From a virus (taxonomy: Duplodnaviria > Caudoviricetes), in the IMG/VR virus record IMGVR_UViG_3300020045_005726, positions 1 to 46,279 of that record: a stretch of 46,279 nucleotides of DNA; one strand, 5' to 3'. Both the position numbers and the translations under genes were made by a program. Each line of letters opens with the position of its first letter. Within the stretch, counting starts at the first letter, position 1. The notes below the pieces were generated by a model that was not told where the DNA came from, did not search any database, and saw nothing but the letters and a program-made list of their open reading frames with translations. Below are positions 1-8,887 of the stretch, piece after piece.

Positions 1-41
1 CGGCACATGTATCGCTTGACACTGATTGACGGTGATTAAAA

Positions 42-515
42 TTGGCTACTCTTAAATCTGAGCATAAGGTCTTTATCATTGGCAGGCTGGCGTCATTTGA
101 TACCCCGCACCAAGCGGCTGAGGCCGTAAAGGAAGAGTTTAACCTTGTCGTATCGCCTCAACAGGTGCAAACCTATCACCCTGAAAAGCATGCCGGCCGC
201 AATTTAAGCAAGACCTTTAGGGATTTGTTTTATGAGTTGCGCGCAAACTTCCGCGAGAAAACTGACGATATCCCAATAGCCAATAAGGCGTACAGGGTAA
301 AGGTTCTCAATCGCATGGCTTCCACTGCCGAGAAAAAAGGCAATATGGTTTTGGCCGCTTCGCTAATGGAGCAGGCCGCCAAAGAAATGGGCGAGGCGTA
401 CACCAATCGGCAGAAAATTGACCATACGTCTACAGATGGAACCATGACTCCTGCGGCGCCGCTTGTAGTTGATAAGTCGGTAATTGATGCCTTAGTCAGC
501 AAGCTAACCGATTAA
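42..515 (+). CDS. terS: terminase small subunit (DUF2280-like)
   Basis: 157 aa directly upstream of, and overlapping by 1 nt, the large terminase; DUF2280-like motifs 'IPIANKAYR..L.RM' and 'LMEQAAKEMG'. The TTG start is uncertain. Confidence 0.8.
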   Translation: MATLKSEHKVFIIGRLASFDTPHQAAEAVKEEFNLVVSPQQVQTYHPEKHAGRNLSKTFRDLFYELRANFREKTDDIPIANKAYRVKVLNRMASTAEKKGNMVLAASLMEQAAKEMGEAYTNRQKIDHTSTDGTMTPAAPLVVDKSVIDALVSKLTD

Positions 516-2074
516 TGGCCATACCCGTTCTTGAGTGGGAATCCCTCACTATCGCAGAAAGATTTGCGCTCAAGATAGCAGCAGAAACCAGCCCGCTCGC
601 ATTTACCGCACTATGGTTCAATCTCACTCAAGCGGATTCATTCCGGTCTAACTGGCATCACCACTATTACAACTGGGCAGCACAAAAGCTTCTCGCTGGC
701 GAATGTCAAAACATCGTTATTAACGTCCCCCCTGGTGCTACAAAAACTGAATTTTGGAGCATCCACCTACCCATATACACCATGGTCAAATACGACCGAA
801 TAAGGATATTAAACACCAGTTATTCGAGGGACTTGGTAAACGAAAACAGCGAACGCTCAAGGTCAATCGTTAAGTCTGCCGAGTTTCAAAGCTTCTACGA
901 TTTCACAACCGGAAAGGACAAGGTTGATGACTGGACTGTTGAGCGGAAAGGGAAGCGGGTGCACCAGCTGTTTAGCAGGCCAAGCGGCGGCCAAATTACG
1001 GGCGTTCGCGGTGGATTCATGTCGGATGAATTCAGCGGCTATGTCATGGCTGATGACTGGGACAAGATCGATGATTTATTTAGCGAGACAAAGCGCAAGA
1101 AATCGCACGTAAGGTTAATCAATACGCTCCGGTCTCGTAGGGCCAAAACTACAACCCCGTTTATATTTGTTCAGCAGCGCGGGCACATTGATGACAGCAC
1201 GGCGTTTTTGTTGTCTGGCGGAATGGGTGTTAAGGTTGATTTACATATCAAGATTCCTGCAATCATTGATATGGATTACATCAATACTCTCCCTGATGGA
1301 ATTCGAGAGCGCTGCATAAAAGATGTTTGTTCATCTGAATGCATAGACGGTCAGTGGTCATACTGGCCAGAAAAAGACACAATTCAAGACCTTTTGGCGC
1401 TCAAGGCTGCGAACCCCTACACATTCACCAGCCAATACCAGCAGGACCCGGAAAGCCTTGACGGTGGAATATTCAGCGAGGATGACTTTGTTTACTACGG
1501 CAATGTGGCTGATGGCGCAGACCTTCCTACGCCTCCGCTATTTGAGTATCGTTTTATCACCACCGATACGGCACAAAAAACAAATGAGTGGAACGACTAC
1601 ACTGTTATGGCTGAGTGGGGCGTTTATCAAAATAGGCTTTATCGCCTATCGTTTTATCGCGGCAAACTTGAGGCGCGCGGGCTAAGGGAAAAATTCGAGG
1701 GATTTGTAAAAGCTGCCCATGCTAAAAACTCTGCCGAGTTCGGCGCACTTAGATTTGCCGCCGTAGAAGATAAATCCAGCGGTACCGGTCTTATCCAGGA
1801 TGTGCGCAATATTTTGCCGGTACCAGTTCAGGCGGTACCGCGTGAGCGCGACAAGCTAACCCGCTCAATGGACTGCCAGCCATATCTATCAGCGCACCGT
1901 GTAGTTTTGCCATATGGCGATGAGCACAATACCGAGTTTGTCGCAGAGGTCGCCAGCTTTACCCATGACGATAGCCATAAGTTTGATGACCAGACCGATG
2001 TAATGATGGATGGGGTTGATATGGCGTTCATAACTCCATTGTTTGGCAGTCAGTACACCCTCGACAACTTATAA
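515..2074 (+). CDS. terL: terminase large subunit
   Basis: Walker A-like 'INVPPGATKT', 'GQITGVRGG', Walker B 'VMADD', nuclease 'TTDTA', 'VEDKSSG' and 'KFDDQTD'. Confidence 0.95.
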   Translation: MAIPVLEWESLTIAERFALKIAAETSPLAFTALWFNLTQADSFRSNWHHHYYNWAAQKLLAGECQNIVINVPPGATKTEFWSIHLPIYTMVKYDRIRILNTSYSRDLVNENSERSRSIVKSAEFQSFYDFTTGKDKVDDWTVERKGKRVHQLFSRPSGGQITGVRGGFMSDEFSGYVMADDWDKIDDLFSETKRKKSHVRLINTLRSRRAKTTTPFIFVQQRGHIDDSTAFLLSGGMGVKVDLHIKIPAIIDMDYINTLPDGIRERCIKDVCSSECIDGQWSYWPEKDTIQDLLALKAANPYTFTSQYQQDPESLDGGIFSEDDFVYYGNVADGADLPTPPLFEYRFITTDTAQKTNEWNDYTVMAEWGVYQNRLYRLSFYRGKLEARGLREKFEGFVKAAHAKNSAEFGALRFAAVEDKSSGTGLIQDVRNILPVPVQAVPRERDKLTRSMDCQPYLSAHRVVLPYGDEHNTEFVAEVASFTHDDSHKFDDQTDVMMDGVDMAFITPLFGSQYTLDNL

Positions 2075-2110
2075 TGTAATATTGCGCAATAACCAATCAA
2101 GGGCTATGCC

Positions 2111-3958
2111 ATGACCTCAGTAAACGACTCGCTTACCAATTTAGTTTCAGGCCTTGGCACTGATCGCGACAAGACGATCGCGACCAGTTACACGGTTAGA
2201 CTGCTGGGCAAGGTCGATCTTGACAATGCTTACCGGGGCGATTGGATAGCGCGCAAGATAGTTGATATTCCCGCGAAAGATGCCACCAGGGAGTGGCGAT
2301 CATGGCAGGCTGAGGCAGAGCAAATTACTCTGCTTGAAGCCGAAGAAAAGCGGCTTAAGCTGCAGGATCGGGTAAAGCAGGCGCTTACCAAAGCTCGATT
2401 GTATGGAGGCGCAGCTATTGTTATCGGCATAAAGAATGCAGGCAATGAGGTTTGGGCAAAAGAGCTAACACCGGAATCAATTGGGCAGGGCGGCCTGATG
2501 TACCTGCACACCTGCTCGCGACACGAAATAAGCTCAGGCCAGATTAACAATGACTTGCTTTCCCCATACTTCGGAGAGCCAGAATATTATCAAGTGAGTT
2601 CGCTTACCGCTGGCATGGTTACCGTTCACCCGTCACGAGTAGTTCGCTTTGTTGGTGCTGAGCTGCCAGACCGTGCGCTATCAATTGGCGGCTGGGGCGA
2701 TAGCATTATCCAGGCAATCAATGACGCCATTATCCATGCTGGACTCGCCCAGGGTGAGATTGCAAGCATGATGCAGGAGGCAAATGTCGATGTTATCAAG
2801 ATGCCCGGACTTATGCAGAACGTTGCTACCGATGCATATAGAAACAAAGTTATGCAGCGCTACCAGTTAGCGGCTATTGGCAAATCTGTAAACCGCTCGC
2901 TAATGATCGATGGCGATGAGGATTGGCAGGCTATTGTTAAAAACTTCTCGAACCTTCCCGAGCTGCTAAAAATTTATCTCAACATCGCCGTTGCTGCTGG
3001 TGATGTTCCCGCGGTTAGATTGGCGTGGGAGAATGCTGGAGCGCTTAATGCGTCCGGCGATGCCCATATCCGCATGTATTACGATAATGTGGCCAGCGAG
3101 CAAAAGAACACGATTGCGCCAGCGCTTTCCCGTCTTGATGAAGTGCTGATAATGTCCGCACTCGGCAAGCGTCCAGCAGAGGTTTTCTACATCTGGAAAC
3201 CGCTATGGCAGATGACCGAATCGGAAAAAGCCGATGTAATGGTCAAGAAATCGCAGGCGGTTAGCAATATCGTAAACACCCAATTGATTGATCCATGGGT
3301 TATGAATAAGGCCTTGGCTAACATGCTCATCGAGGATGGCTCATTCCCAGGGCTTGAGGCTGCATTGGAGGAATTTGAATCCATGCAAGGCGAAGAGGAA
3401 GCGCTTAACGAAGAAGACGAAAACGTCCAGGAGCAATTCGAGAAGGTAATGGGAGAGGAAGACGAAAAAGGCAACCCTGTCACTGATGCTGCTCCAAGAC
3501 CGCTTTACGTTCGCCGCGATGTGATCAACACCAAAGATATTTTAACCTGGGCTAAGGCTCTTGTTGATGCTGGCATTATCGATGAATCAGAGCTGATTAA
3601 AGCTGATGATATGCACGTAACCATTGCCTACAGTCGCACCCCTGTTGATTGGATGAAGATGGGCGAGAACTGGGATCAGGATAAAGATGGCAATGTGACT
3701 ATCGCCAAAGGTGGGCCGCGACTGGTTGAGCCTCTTGGTGGTCAAGGCGCTATCGTCCTCATGTTCTCAAGTAATGCCTTGGTGTGGCGCAATATGGGCA
3801 TGCGTGAGCGCGGCGCGAGCTGGGACTATGAAGAGTACCAGCCGCATATTACCATCGCTTACACCACCAAACCTGTTAGTCAGATCGATATTGATTCGAT
3901 CATGCCTTATTCCGGTGAGATTAAATTGGGTGCCGAAATATTTGAGGAAATAAAATAG
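2111..3958 (+). CDS. portal protein (DUF1073-like) fused to a C-terminal Acb1-like 2H phosphoesterase
   Basis: The N-terminal ~430 aa is portal-like ('W.ARKIVDIPA.DATREW', 'ARLYGGA', 'VHPSRV'). An acidic linker follows, then a domain with two HxT motifs, 'MHVTIAYSR' and 'YQPHITIAY'. Confidence 0.85.
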   Translation: MTSVNDSLTNLVSGLGTDRDKTIATSYTVRLLGKVDLDNAYRGDWIARKIVDIPAKDATREWRSWQAEAEQITLLEAEEKRLKLQDRVKQALTKARLYGGAAIVIGIKNAGNEVWAKELTPESIGQGGLMYLHTCSRHEISSGQINNDLLSPYFGEPEYYQVSSLTAGMVTVHPSRVVRFVGAELPDRALSIGGWGDSIIQAINDAIIHAGLAQGEIASMMQEANVDVIKMPGLMQNVATDAYRNKVMQRYQLAAIGKSVNRSLMIDGDEDWQAIVKNFSNLPELLKIYLNIAVAAGDVPAVRLAWENAGALNASGDAHIRMYYDNVASEQKNTIAPALSRLDEVLIMSALGKRPAEVFYIWKPLWQMTESEKADVMVKKSQAVSNIVNTQLIDPWVMNKALANMLIEDGSFPGLEAALEEFESMQGEEEALNEEDENVQEQFEKVMGEEDEKGNPVTDAAPRPLYVRRDVINTKDILTWAKALVDAGIIDESELIKADDMHVTIAYSRTPVDWMKMGENWDQDKDGNVTIAKGGPRLVEPLGGQGAIVLMFSSNALVWRNMGMRERGASWDYEEYQPHITIAYTTKPVSQIDIDSIMPYSGEIKLGAEIFEEIK

Positions 3959-5568
3959 TGTTGCGCCTTCGCGTGCATGATGCTGGCTGCCAGTGTCATC
4001 TATTCACCGATGCAAACCGTAGCGACCCTACCGGCACCAAGGGCATTCGTGTTGAATTCGAGAATAAGCTAACGGCCAAATTCAAGCGCATCAAGTCGCT
4101 GATCAATCAGGCCATTGTTCAAAATGATGTGTTTGGATTGAAAAAGCCGGTGTTTGGCGATGCGGCGCCGGCCATTATCATGGATGCCTCTGTGCCGCCC
4201 CCGCGCGCGTACCAGTTCACTCGATCGGCAGAAAAGGTTGACCAGTTCATGCAGTGGCTGCGCGCCGCCGAAGATGAGGAAATCCTGCAGATAATGCCAG
4301 GGGCTAACGTTGCCAGCTCGGCACGCACCGCTTGGACAAATACCTATATCGATACCGCTTATCAAAAAGGCATCCGCGATGCAGGCGCCAAGCTCAAGAA
4401 GGGCGGCGCCACCGTTGCAGATTCATGGGTGCGCAATGCGTTCAATCGACCGGTGCACGCGGATCGCCTCGGGCTCGCCTATACCCGCACGTTTACCGAG
4501 CTTAACGGCATCACTCAGGCAATGGATCAGCAGATAAGCCGCATCCTTGCCCAAGGCATTGGCGAGGGGCGCGGACCGCTGGAAATTGCCCGCCAGCTCA
4601 ATGAGAAGGTCGATAAAATCGGCATCACCCGCGCGCGCATGCTTGCCCGTACGGAAGTTGTGAGCGCTCACGCCGAGGCATCAATTAACGCTTACCAAGA
4701 GGCCGGATTGGAAGGTGTTGAGGTTGAAGCGGAAGTGCTAAACGGTAGCGATCCGTGCCCCGAGTGCCAAGACCTTGCCGCTGCTGGTCCATACACCATT
4801 AGCGAGGCGCGCGGACTAATTCCTGCGCACCCCAACGCCGTATTTGAAGGCTCAACTTTTGTTAGCTATGGCGAATGCCTTGAGATCGTCCGCGCTCGGT
4901 ATCTTGGCCCATCTGTCATACTTTCCTGTAATGGAGGGCTGTATCGGACGACAATCGGCCCTAATCACCCAATGCTCACCGCAAGGGGATTTGTTAAGGC
5001 TGCAGAAATCAATAAAGGCGACAAGATACTCTACGATCTTCGGCACGATAGGGCCATGCTTGGCGCCAGCCTTGATTTCGATAAGATTCCATTCTGTGAG
5101 GACACGTTCGAGTCTTGCATGCCGGTTGGCATGAACACGGGCATTGCCGCTTCCAGTTCTGATCTCCACGGCGATAGGGAGTTCTGCTATGGTGAAGTCA
5201 ATGCAATACGTCCCGCAAACGGTCTGCTGAAAAAATTTGATACCGGCTTGATTGAGGATATCAGCGAAAATATCCTCATGGGGGCCGATGCCTATTCCCT
5301 TCTCGTTTCTGGTCTTGCTTCTAGCCTCCCTGCTCTCGACTCTATCGACTTGCCCGCGTCTGGCGGCATGGGCTGCTCTAACTCCGGGATTGGCGCTGAT
5401 TACGTATGGCTTGTCGTTCATGATGTTGAGTTTTCCGTATTCGATGGATGGGCTTTTGACTATAGCACAGCATCTAGCCTATATTGCAATAACGGATTTG
5501 TTGTAAAGAATTGCGTTTGCTCACTTAACCCGAAAGTAGTTAACGGATCAGGGATAGACCTGATATAA
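3958..5568 (+). CDS. head morphogenesis protein (MuF/SPP1 gp7 family) interrupted by an intein
   Basis: 'RARMLARTE', 'CPEC' and the C-terminal P-x-H-P-N-C-x-C motif, here split as IPAHPN|intein|CVC; located after the portal. Confidence 0.9.
   Translation: MLRLRVHDAGCQCHLFTDANRSDPTGTKGIRVEFENKLTAKFKRIKSLINQAIVQNDVFGLKKPVFGDAAPAIIMDASVPPPRAYQFTRSAEKVDQFMQWLRAAEDEEILQIMPGANVASSARTAWTNTYIDTAYQKGIRDAGAKLKKGGATVADSWVRNAFNRPVHADRLGLAYTRTFTELNGITQAMDQQISRILAQGIGEGRGPLEIARQLNEKVDKIGITRARMLARTEVVSAHAEASINAYQEAGLEGVEVEAEVLNGSDPCPECQDLAAAGPYTISEARGLIPAHPNAVFEGSTFVSYGECLEIVRARYLGPSVILSCNGGLYRTTIGPNHPMLTARGFVKAAEINKGDKILYDLRHDRAMLGASLDFDKIPFCEDTFESCMPVGMNTGIAASSSDLHGDREFCYGEVNAIRPANGLLKKFDTGLIEDISENILMGADAYSLLVSGLASSLPALDSIDLPASGGMGCSNSGIGADYVWLVVHDVEFSVFDGWAFDYSTASSLYCNNGFVVKNCVCSLNPKVVNGSGIDLI
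4837..5511 (+). mobile_element. intein (225 aa, Ala1...Lys-Asn/Cys+1) in MuF
   Basis: Block A 'AVFEGSTF', block B 'TIGPNHPMLTARGFVKAAEINKGDKI', block F/G 'GWAFDYSTASSLYCNNGFVVKN/C'. Removing it restores HPN-CVC. Confidence 0.88.
4852..5421 (-). CDS. putative DUF559/Vsr-like endonuclease encoded antisense within the intein
   Basis: 189 aa ORF lying wholly inside the intein: 'E..FADIL..AGIKFFQQ...GTYCIDF....IAVEI..G....H...R.....WNLIEI'. An ACGGAAAA purine stretch lies upstream of the ATG. Confidence 0.65.
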   Translation of the reverse strand: MNDKPYVISANPGVRAAHAARRGQVDRVESREARSKTRNEKGIGIGPHEDIFADILNQAGIKFFQQTVCGTYCIDFTIAELPIAVEIRTGSGNARVHANRHARLERVLTEWNLIEIKAGAKHGPIVPKIVEYLVAFIDFCSLNKSPCGEHWVIRADCRPIQPSITGKYDRWAKIPSADDLKAFAIANKS

Positions 5569-5598
5569 TATTATCACTATCGAAATAATCGAGGCGTT

Positions 5599-5781
5599 AT
5601 GAATACCAATAATTCACCCGCACCAAAGCCCCAAAAACTTGACGATGCACAGCTCTTGCGCTGGGCTGCCTCCCGTGTGCAAGAATGCCAGAACGATAAA
5701 TTCTATGGCAAGCTAACTGTCCATTTCGAGAATGGCCGGATAGTGCGCACCACTTCGGAAAAGTCGGAGATACCATCTTGA
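5599..5781 (+). CDS. small hypothetical protein (DUF2292/YezD-like 'YGKLTVHFENGRI')
   Basis: GAGG RBS before the ATG; 60 aa. Confidence 0.6.
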   Translation: MNTNNSPAPKPQKLDDAQLLRWAASRVQECQNDKFYGKLTVHFENGRIVRTTSEKSEIPS

Positions 5782-5999
5782 GCAGTAATGACCAAGTATC
5801 AAATGAAAAAACATACACTATGAGTCAAATCAAGGAGGCCTTCTTTAAGGAGTTTCACAGGTCTGGTGAAGTTTTCTTTGATTATCTTGGTGACGACTTA
5901 TCGGCACATGAAAGCACGCAGGCTATTTTTGATGACTTTGCGCAAAGACTTGAGGCGCTCCAATCTCTTGAATTTGACACCGACACCAAACCAATCTAA
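5778..5999 (+). CDS. hypothetical protein
   Basis: 73 aa ORF overlapping the previous stop; the start may be the ATG at 5820. Confidence 0.55.
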   Translation: MSSNDQVSNEKTYTMSQIKEAFFKEFHRSGEVFFDYLGDDLSAHESTQAIFDDFAQRLEALQSLEFDTDTKPI

Positions 6000-6002
6000 T
6001 AT
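5974..6002 (+). promoter_or_regulatory. sigma70-like promoter
   Basis: TTGACA (5974-5979), 17 nt spacer, TAATAT (5997-6002). Confidence 0.65.
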
Positions 6003-6047
6003 CATGCCAACATTGCGCAAATAGCGCTTCCGGTATGTGAAAAACAC

Positions 6048-6084
6048 AGCCGCCATTCTCTCGGGATTGGCGGCTTTTTTATTT
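6048..6084 (+). terminator. intrinsic terminator-like hairpin
   Basis: AGCCGCCA...TGGCGGCT stem followed by TTTTTATTT. Confidence 0.65.
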
Positions 6085-6094
6085 GGGGATTAGC

Positions 6095-6259
6095 ATGACT
6101 TCATCTGTAAAAGTAACTGCCCACTGCGCCAAGACTAAGCATGTAAAAGTTGAGGTAACTGGACAGCCTGATGTTTTTATTGAAGATGGCGAAAGCCGCG
6201 ACTTCGTTGTATTCGATGAGCGAGAAATCAACGTTAAAGAAGTCTTAAAGGCTGAATAA
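6095..6259 (+). CDS. small hypothetical protein (54 aa, not in ORF track)
   Basis: GGGGA RBS; MTSSVKVTAHCAKTKHVKVEVTGQPDVFIEDGESRDFVVFDEREINVKEVLKAE*; ends 2 nt before the next gene. Confidence 0.65.
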   Translation: MTSSVKVTAHCAKTKHVKVEVTGQPDVFIEDGESRDFVVFDEREINVKEVLKAE

Positions 6260-6261
6260 CT

Positions 6262-7386
6262 ATGCTTTTTGCTGACCTGATGACATTGGACCGGAAGCCA
6301 ACAAAGACCAGTGACGGTTATCTAGTAGCAATGCCAAAGGTTGCGCGCACTGGCATTCAGGATTATGCAGGCTCTGAAATTGGCCGCCCTGATTTGGCTA
6401 TCGTCAAGGTTTACCGCCCCGAAAAAGAAGTGTTCTCCCGCGACTCCCTGCATTCATTCGCACACCGCCCGGTTACCGTTGATCACCCTCCCGTTATGGT
6501 CGATGCATCAAACTGGAAAAAATACGGCGTTGGCAATATCGGTGAAGAGGTTGTGCGGGATGGTGAATTTGTTCGCGTGCCAATTCTGCTTATGGATCAG
6601 TCGGCAATTAATGACGTTGAGTCAGGCAAGGTTGAGCTTTCCATGGGCTACACCGCCGATTTGGTTTTTGAGGCTGGCACAACTCCCGAGGGTGATCACT
6701 ATGACGCCTATCAATCAAACATTCGCGGCAATCACCTTGCCATAGTCGATAAGGCGCGCGGCGGATCACAGCTTCGCGTTATTGATTCAAATTATCGTCC
6801 ACACCAACCTAATCCAACCGAGGGTAACCCCGTGACTAAAACTATCATTGTTGACGGTATCACCGTTGAAGTTCCAGTTACTGCCGCTCAGGTAATCGAG
6901 AAATCGTTAAATGATGCTGCTGGCAAATTGACCACCGCTACCACTGAACTGGCAACAGCACAAGCCAGCGTGGCCACCCTTACCACCAACATTGCTACCA
7001 AGGACGCGGAAATCGCCACCCTTAAACAGCAACTGCTGGATGCCAAGAATCCTGCCGCTATTGATGCTGCAGTTAAGGCTCGCGCGGCAGTGGTAGATGC
7101 AGCCAAAAAGATTCTGCCTGCCGTTGTTGTTGACGGTAAATCAGATGTTGAAATCAAGCGCCAAGTGGTTGATAGCAAGCTGGGCGAAACCGCCAAGGGC
7201 TGGAATGATGAGCAGGTATCAGCATCGTTCGTTGCCTTATCGGTCGCACCTGCTGCGCCCAATGATCCATTTGCAAGCGCTGTGCGCGATGGTGCAACCA
7301 CTGTAACTATGGCCGATGCTGAAAAAGCACGTATTGAGCGCGATCAAGGCTATGCCGAAGCTTTTAACAAGGGCAGAATCGCCTAA
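6262..7386 (+). CDS. prohead protease/scaffold (DUF2213-like)
   Basis: 'ARTGIQ.Y', 'VYRP..EVF', 'PVTVDHP', 'ELSMGY', 'NHLAIV..ARGG', followed by an Ala-rich coiled-coil scaffold part. Confidence 0.88.
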   Translation: MLFADLMTLDRKPTKTSDGYLVAMPKVARTGIQDYAGSEIGRPDLAIVKVYRPEKEVFSRDSLHSFAHRPVTVDHPPVMVDASNWKKYGVGNIGEEVVRDGEFVRVPILLMDQSAINDVESGKVELSMGYTADLVFEAGTTPEGDHYDAYQSNIRGNHLAIVDKARGGSQLRVIDSNYRPHQPNPTEGNPVTKTIIVDGITVEVPVTAAQVIEKSLNDAAGKLTTATTELATAQASVATLTTNIATKDAEIATLKQQLLDAKNPAAIDAAVKARAAVVDAAKKILPAVVVDGKSDVEIKRQVVDSKLGETAKGWNDEQVSASFVALSVAPAAPNDPFASAVRDGATTVTMADAEKARIERDQGYAEAFNKGRIA

Positions 7387-7429
7387 AAGATAAAGGCTAA
7401 AACCCAACCCTAATTAGGAGCATTTAATC

Positions 7430-7903
7430 ATGCCATCTGTTCAAACTACTTACTCAGAAAATCAAGCAATTGCGCTCCCTGGTATGCCAGCGGATGCGGA
7501 TTACTCCGCCGATACTCGCATCTGCGAAACCGTTGCCGGTATTGGCTTTGGTGTTGCTGTTAGCCAAGGCTCAGCAGATAAGGGTGCACTTATCGGTGCC
7601 GCTGCTGCCGCCAACTTTGTCGGCGTAACAATTGCCGATAAAACCGTTGCAAATGATGGCGGTGCGGATGGCTACAACCAATACGACAACATGGGCGTGA
7701 TGTATCGCGGCACCATTTGGATTCAGGTTGGCGGCAACGTTGCAGATGGCGAAGACGCCACATTCAACTCAACTACTGGCGTGCTTTCAAGTGCTGCCAC
7801 ATCTGGCACCCAGTTCGCTATCGCGGGCGCCCGCTGGATGACCACCGCATCAAGCGGCGGCTTTGCAAAACTCCGCTTGGGCGGCGCGCTGCCTTCGGCT
7901 TAA
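7430..7903 (+). CDS. head decoration/cement protein
   Basis: 157 aa Gly/Ala-rich protein between scaffold and major capsid; strong AGGAG RBS. Confidence 0.7.
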   Translation: MPSVQTTYSENQAIALPGMPADADYSADTRICETVAGIGFGVAVSQGSADKGALIGAAAAANFVGVTIADKTVANDGGADGYNQYDNMGVMYRGTIWIQVGGNVADGEDATFNSTTGVLSSAATSGTQFAIAGARWMTTASSGGFAKLRLGGALPSA

Positions 7904-7940
7904 TTTTTGGCTAACATTTCCCTAATGAGGATGTAATAAA

Positions 7941-8885
7941 ATGACACAAATTATTGATGCTAGCCAAGCGCTCAGCTTCTTGACCCAACAAGCGGCGCAC
8001 ATCGAAACCGAAGTGTACCGAATTAAAATGCCTGAGATTCAATATCCAGGCTTGGTGTTCGTTGATACTTCCGCTGGCGAGTGGGCTAAATCGGTCGAAT
8101 TTATGTCACTGGAAACAGTGGGTAAGGCTGACTGGTTCCACGCTCAGTCAAACGATATGCCACGCGCAGATATCGCCATGAGCAAGTTTGAAACCACTGT
8201 GGCAATGGCCGGTATCGGCTACGGCTACGACTTGGCAGAGATTGGCTATGCACAGCGCGTGCGTGTCGATTTGTCCGCGGAGCGTGCTATCGCAGCCCGC
8301 CGCGCTGCCGAGGAATTTATGGAAGGTGTTGTGCTGATCGGTGATAGCCGTAAGGGCTGGCTTGGCCTGATCAACAATACTGCGGTGACCCCAACCACTG
8401 CGGCGGCTGATGGTGCTGGCGGCCTCACCACTTGGGCAAGCAAAACCGGCGATCAAATCGCGCGCGACATTAATAACAAGCTTTCAATTATCAATAGCTC
8501 AACTCTTGGCGTTGAGTATGCGGACACCTTGCTTCTGCCTATTGATCAGTACAATTTGCTGTCAACCAAGCGCCTAGGCACTAATGGTGAGATGATCACC
8601 GTTATGGAATGGATCATGAAGTACAACGTGTACACCGCAACAACCGGTTTACCGTTGACCATTCGTGTTGTTCGCCAATTGTCCACTGCTGGCGGCTCAT
8701 CTTCTGCGCGTATGGTTGCTTATCGTCGCGACCCATCAGTAGTTAAGCTGCACATGCCAATGACTCACCGCTTCTTGCCGGTTTGGCAGACTGGCCCGCT
8801 GCGCTTTGATGTTCCCGGCATCTTCCGCACTGGTGGTGTTGATATTCGCCGCCCTGGTGCATTTGCCTACCTTGACGGCATCTAA
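7941..8885 (+). CDS. major capsid protein (DUF2184-like, HK97 fold)
   Basis: 314 aa; 'YGYDLAEI..A', 'GD...G..GLINN', 'RMVAY', 'GGV.IRRP.A.AY.DGI'. Confidence 0.88.
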   Translation: MTQIIDASQALSFLTQQAAHIETEVYRIKMPEIQYPGLVFVDTSAGEWAKSVEFMSLETVGKADWFHAQSNDMPRADIAMSKFETTVAMAGIGYGYDLAEIGYAQRVRVDLSAERAIAARRAAEEFMEGVVLIGDSRKGWLGLINNTAVTPTTAAADGAGGLTTWASKTGDQIARDINNKLSIINSSTLGVEYADTLLLPIDQYNLLSTKRLGTNGEMITVMEWIMKYNVYTATTGLPLTIRVVRQLSTAGGSSSARMVAYRRDPSVVKLHMPMTHRFLPVWQTGPLRFDVPGIFRTGGVDIRRPGAFAYLDGI

Positions 8886-8887
8886 AA

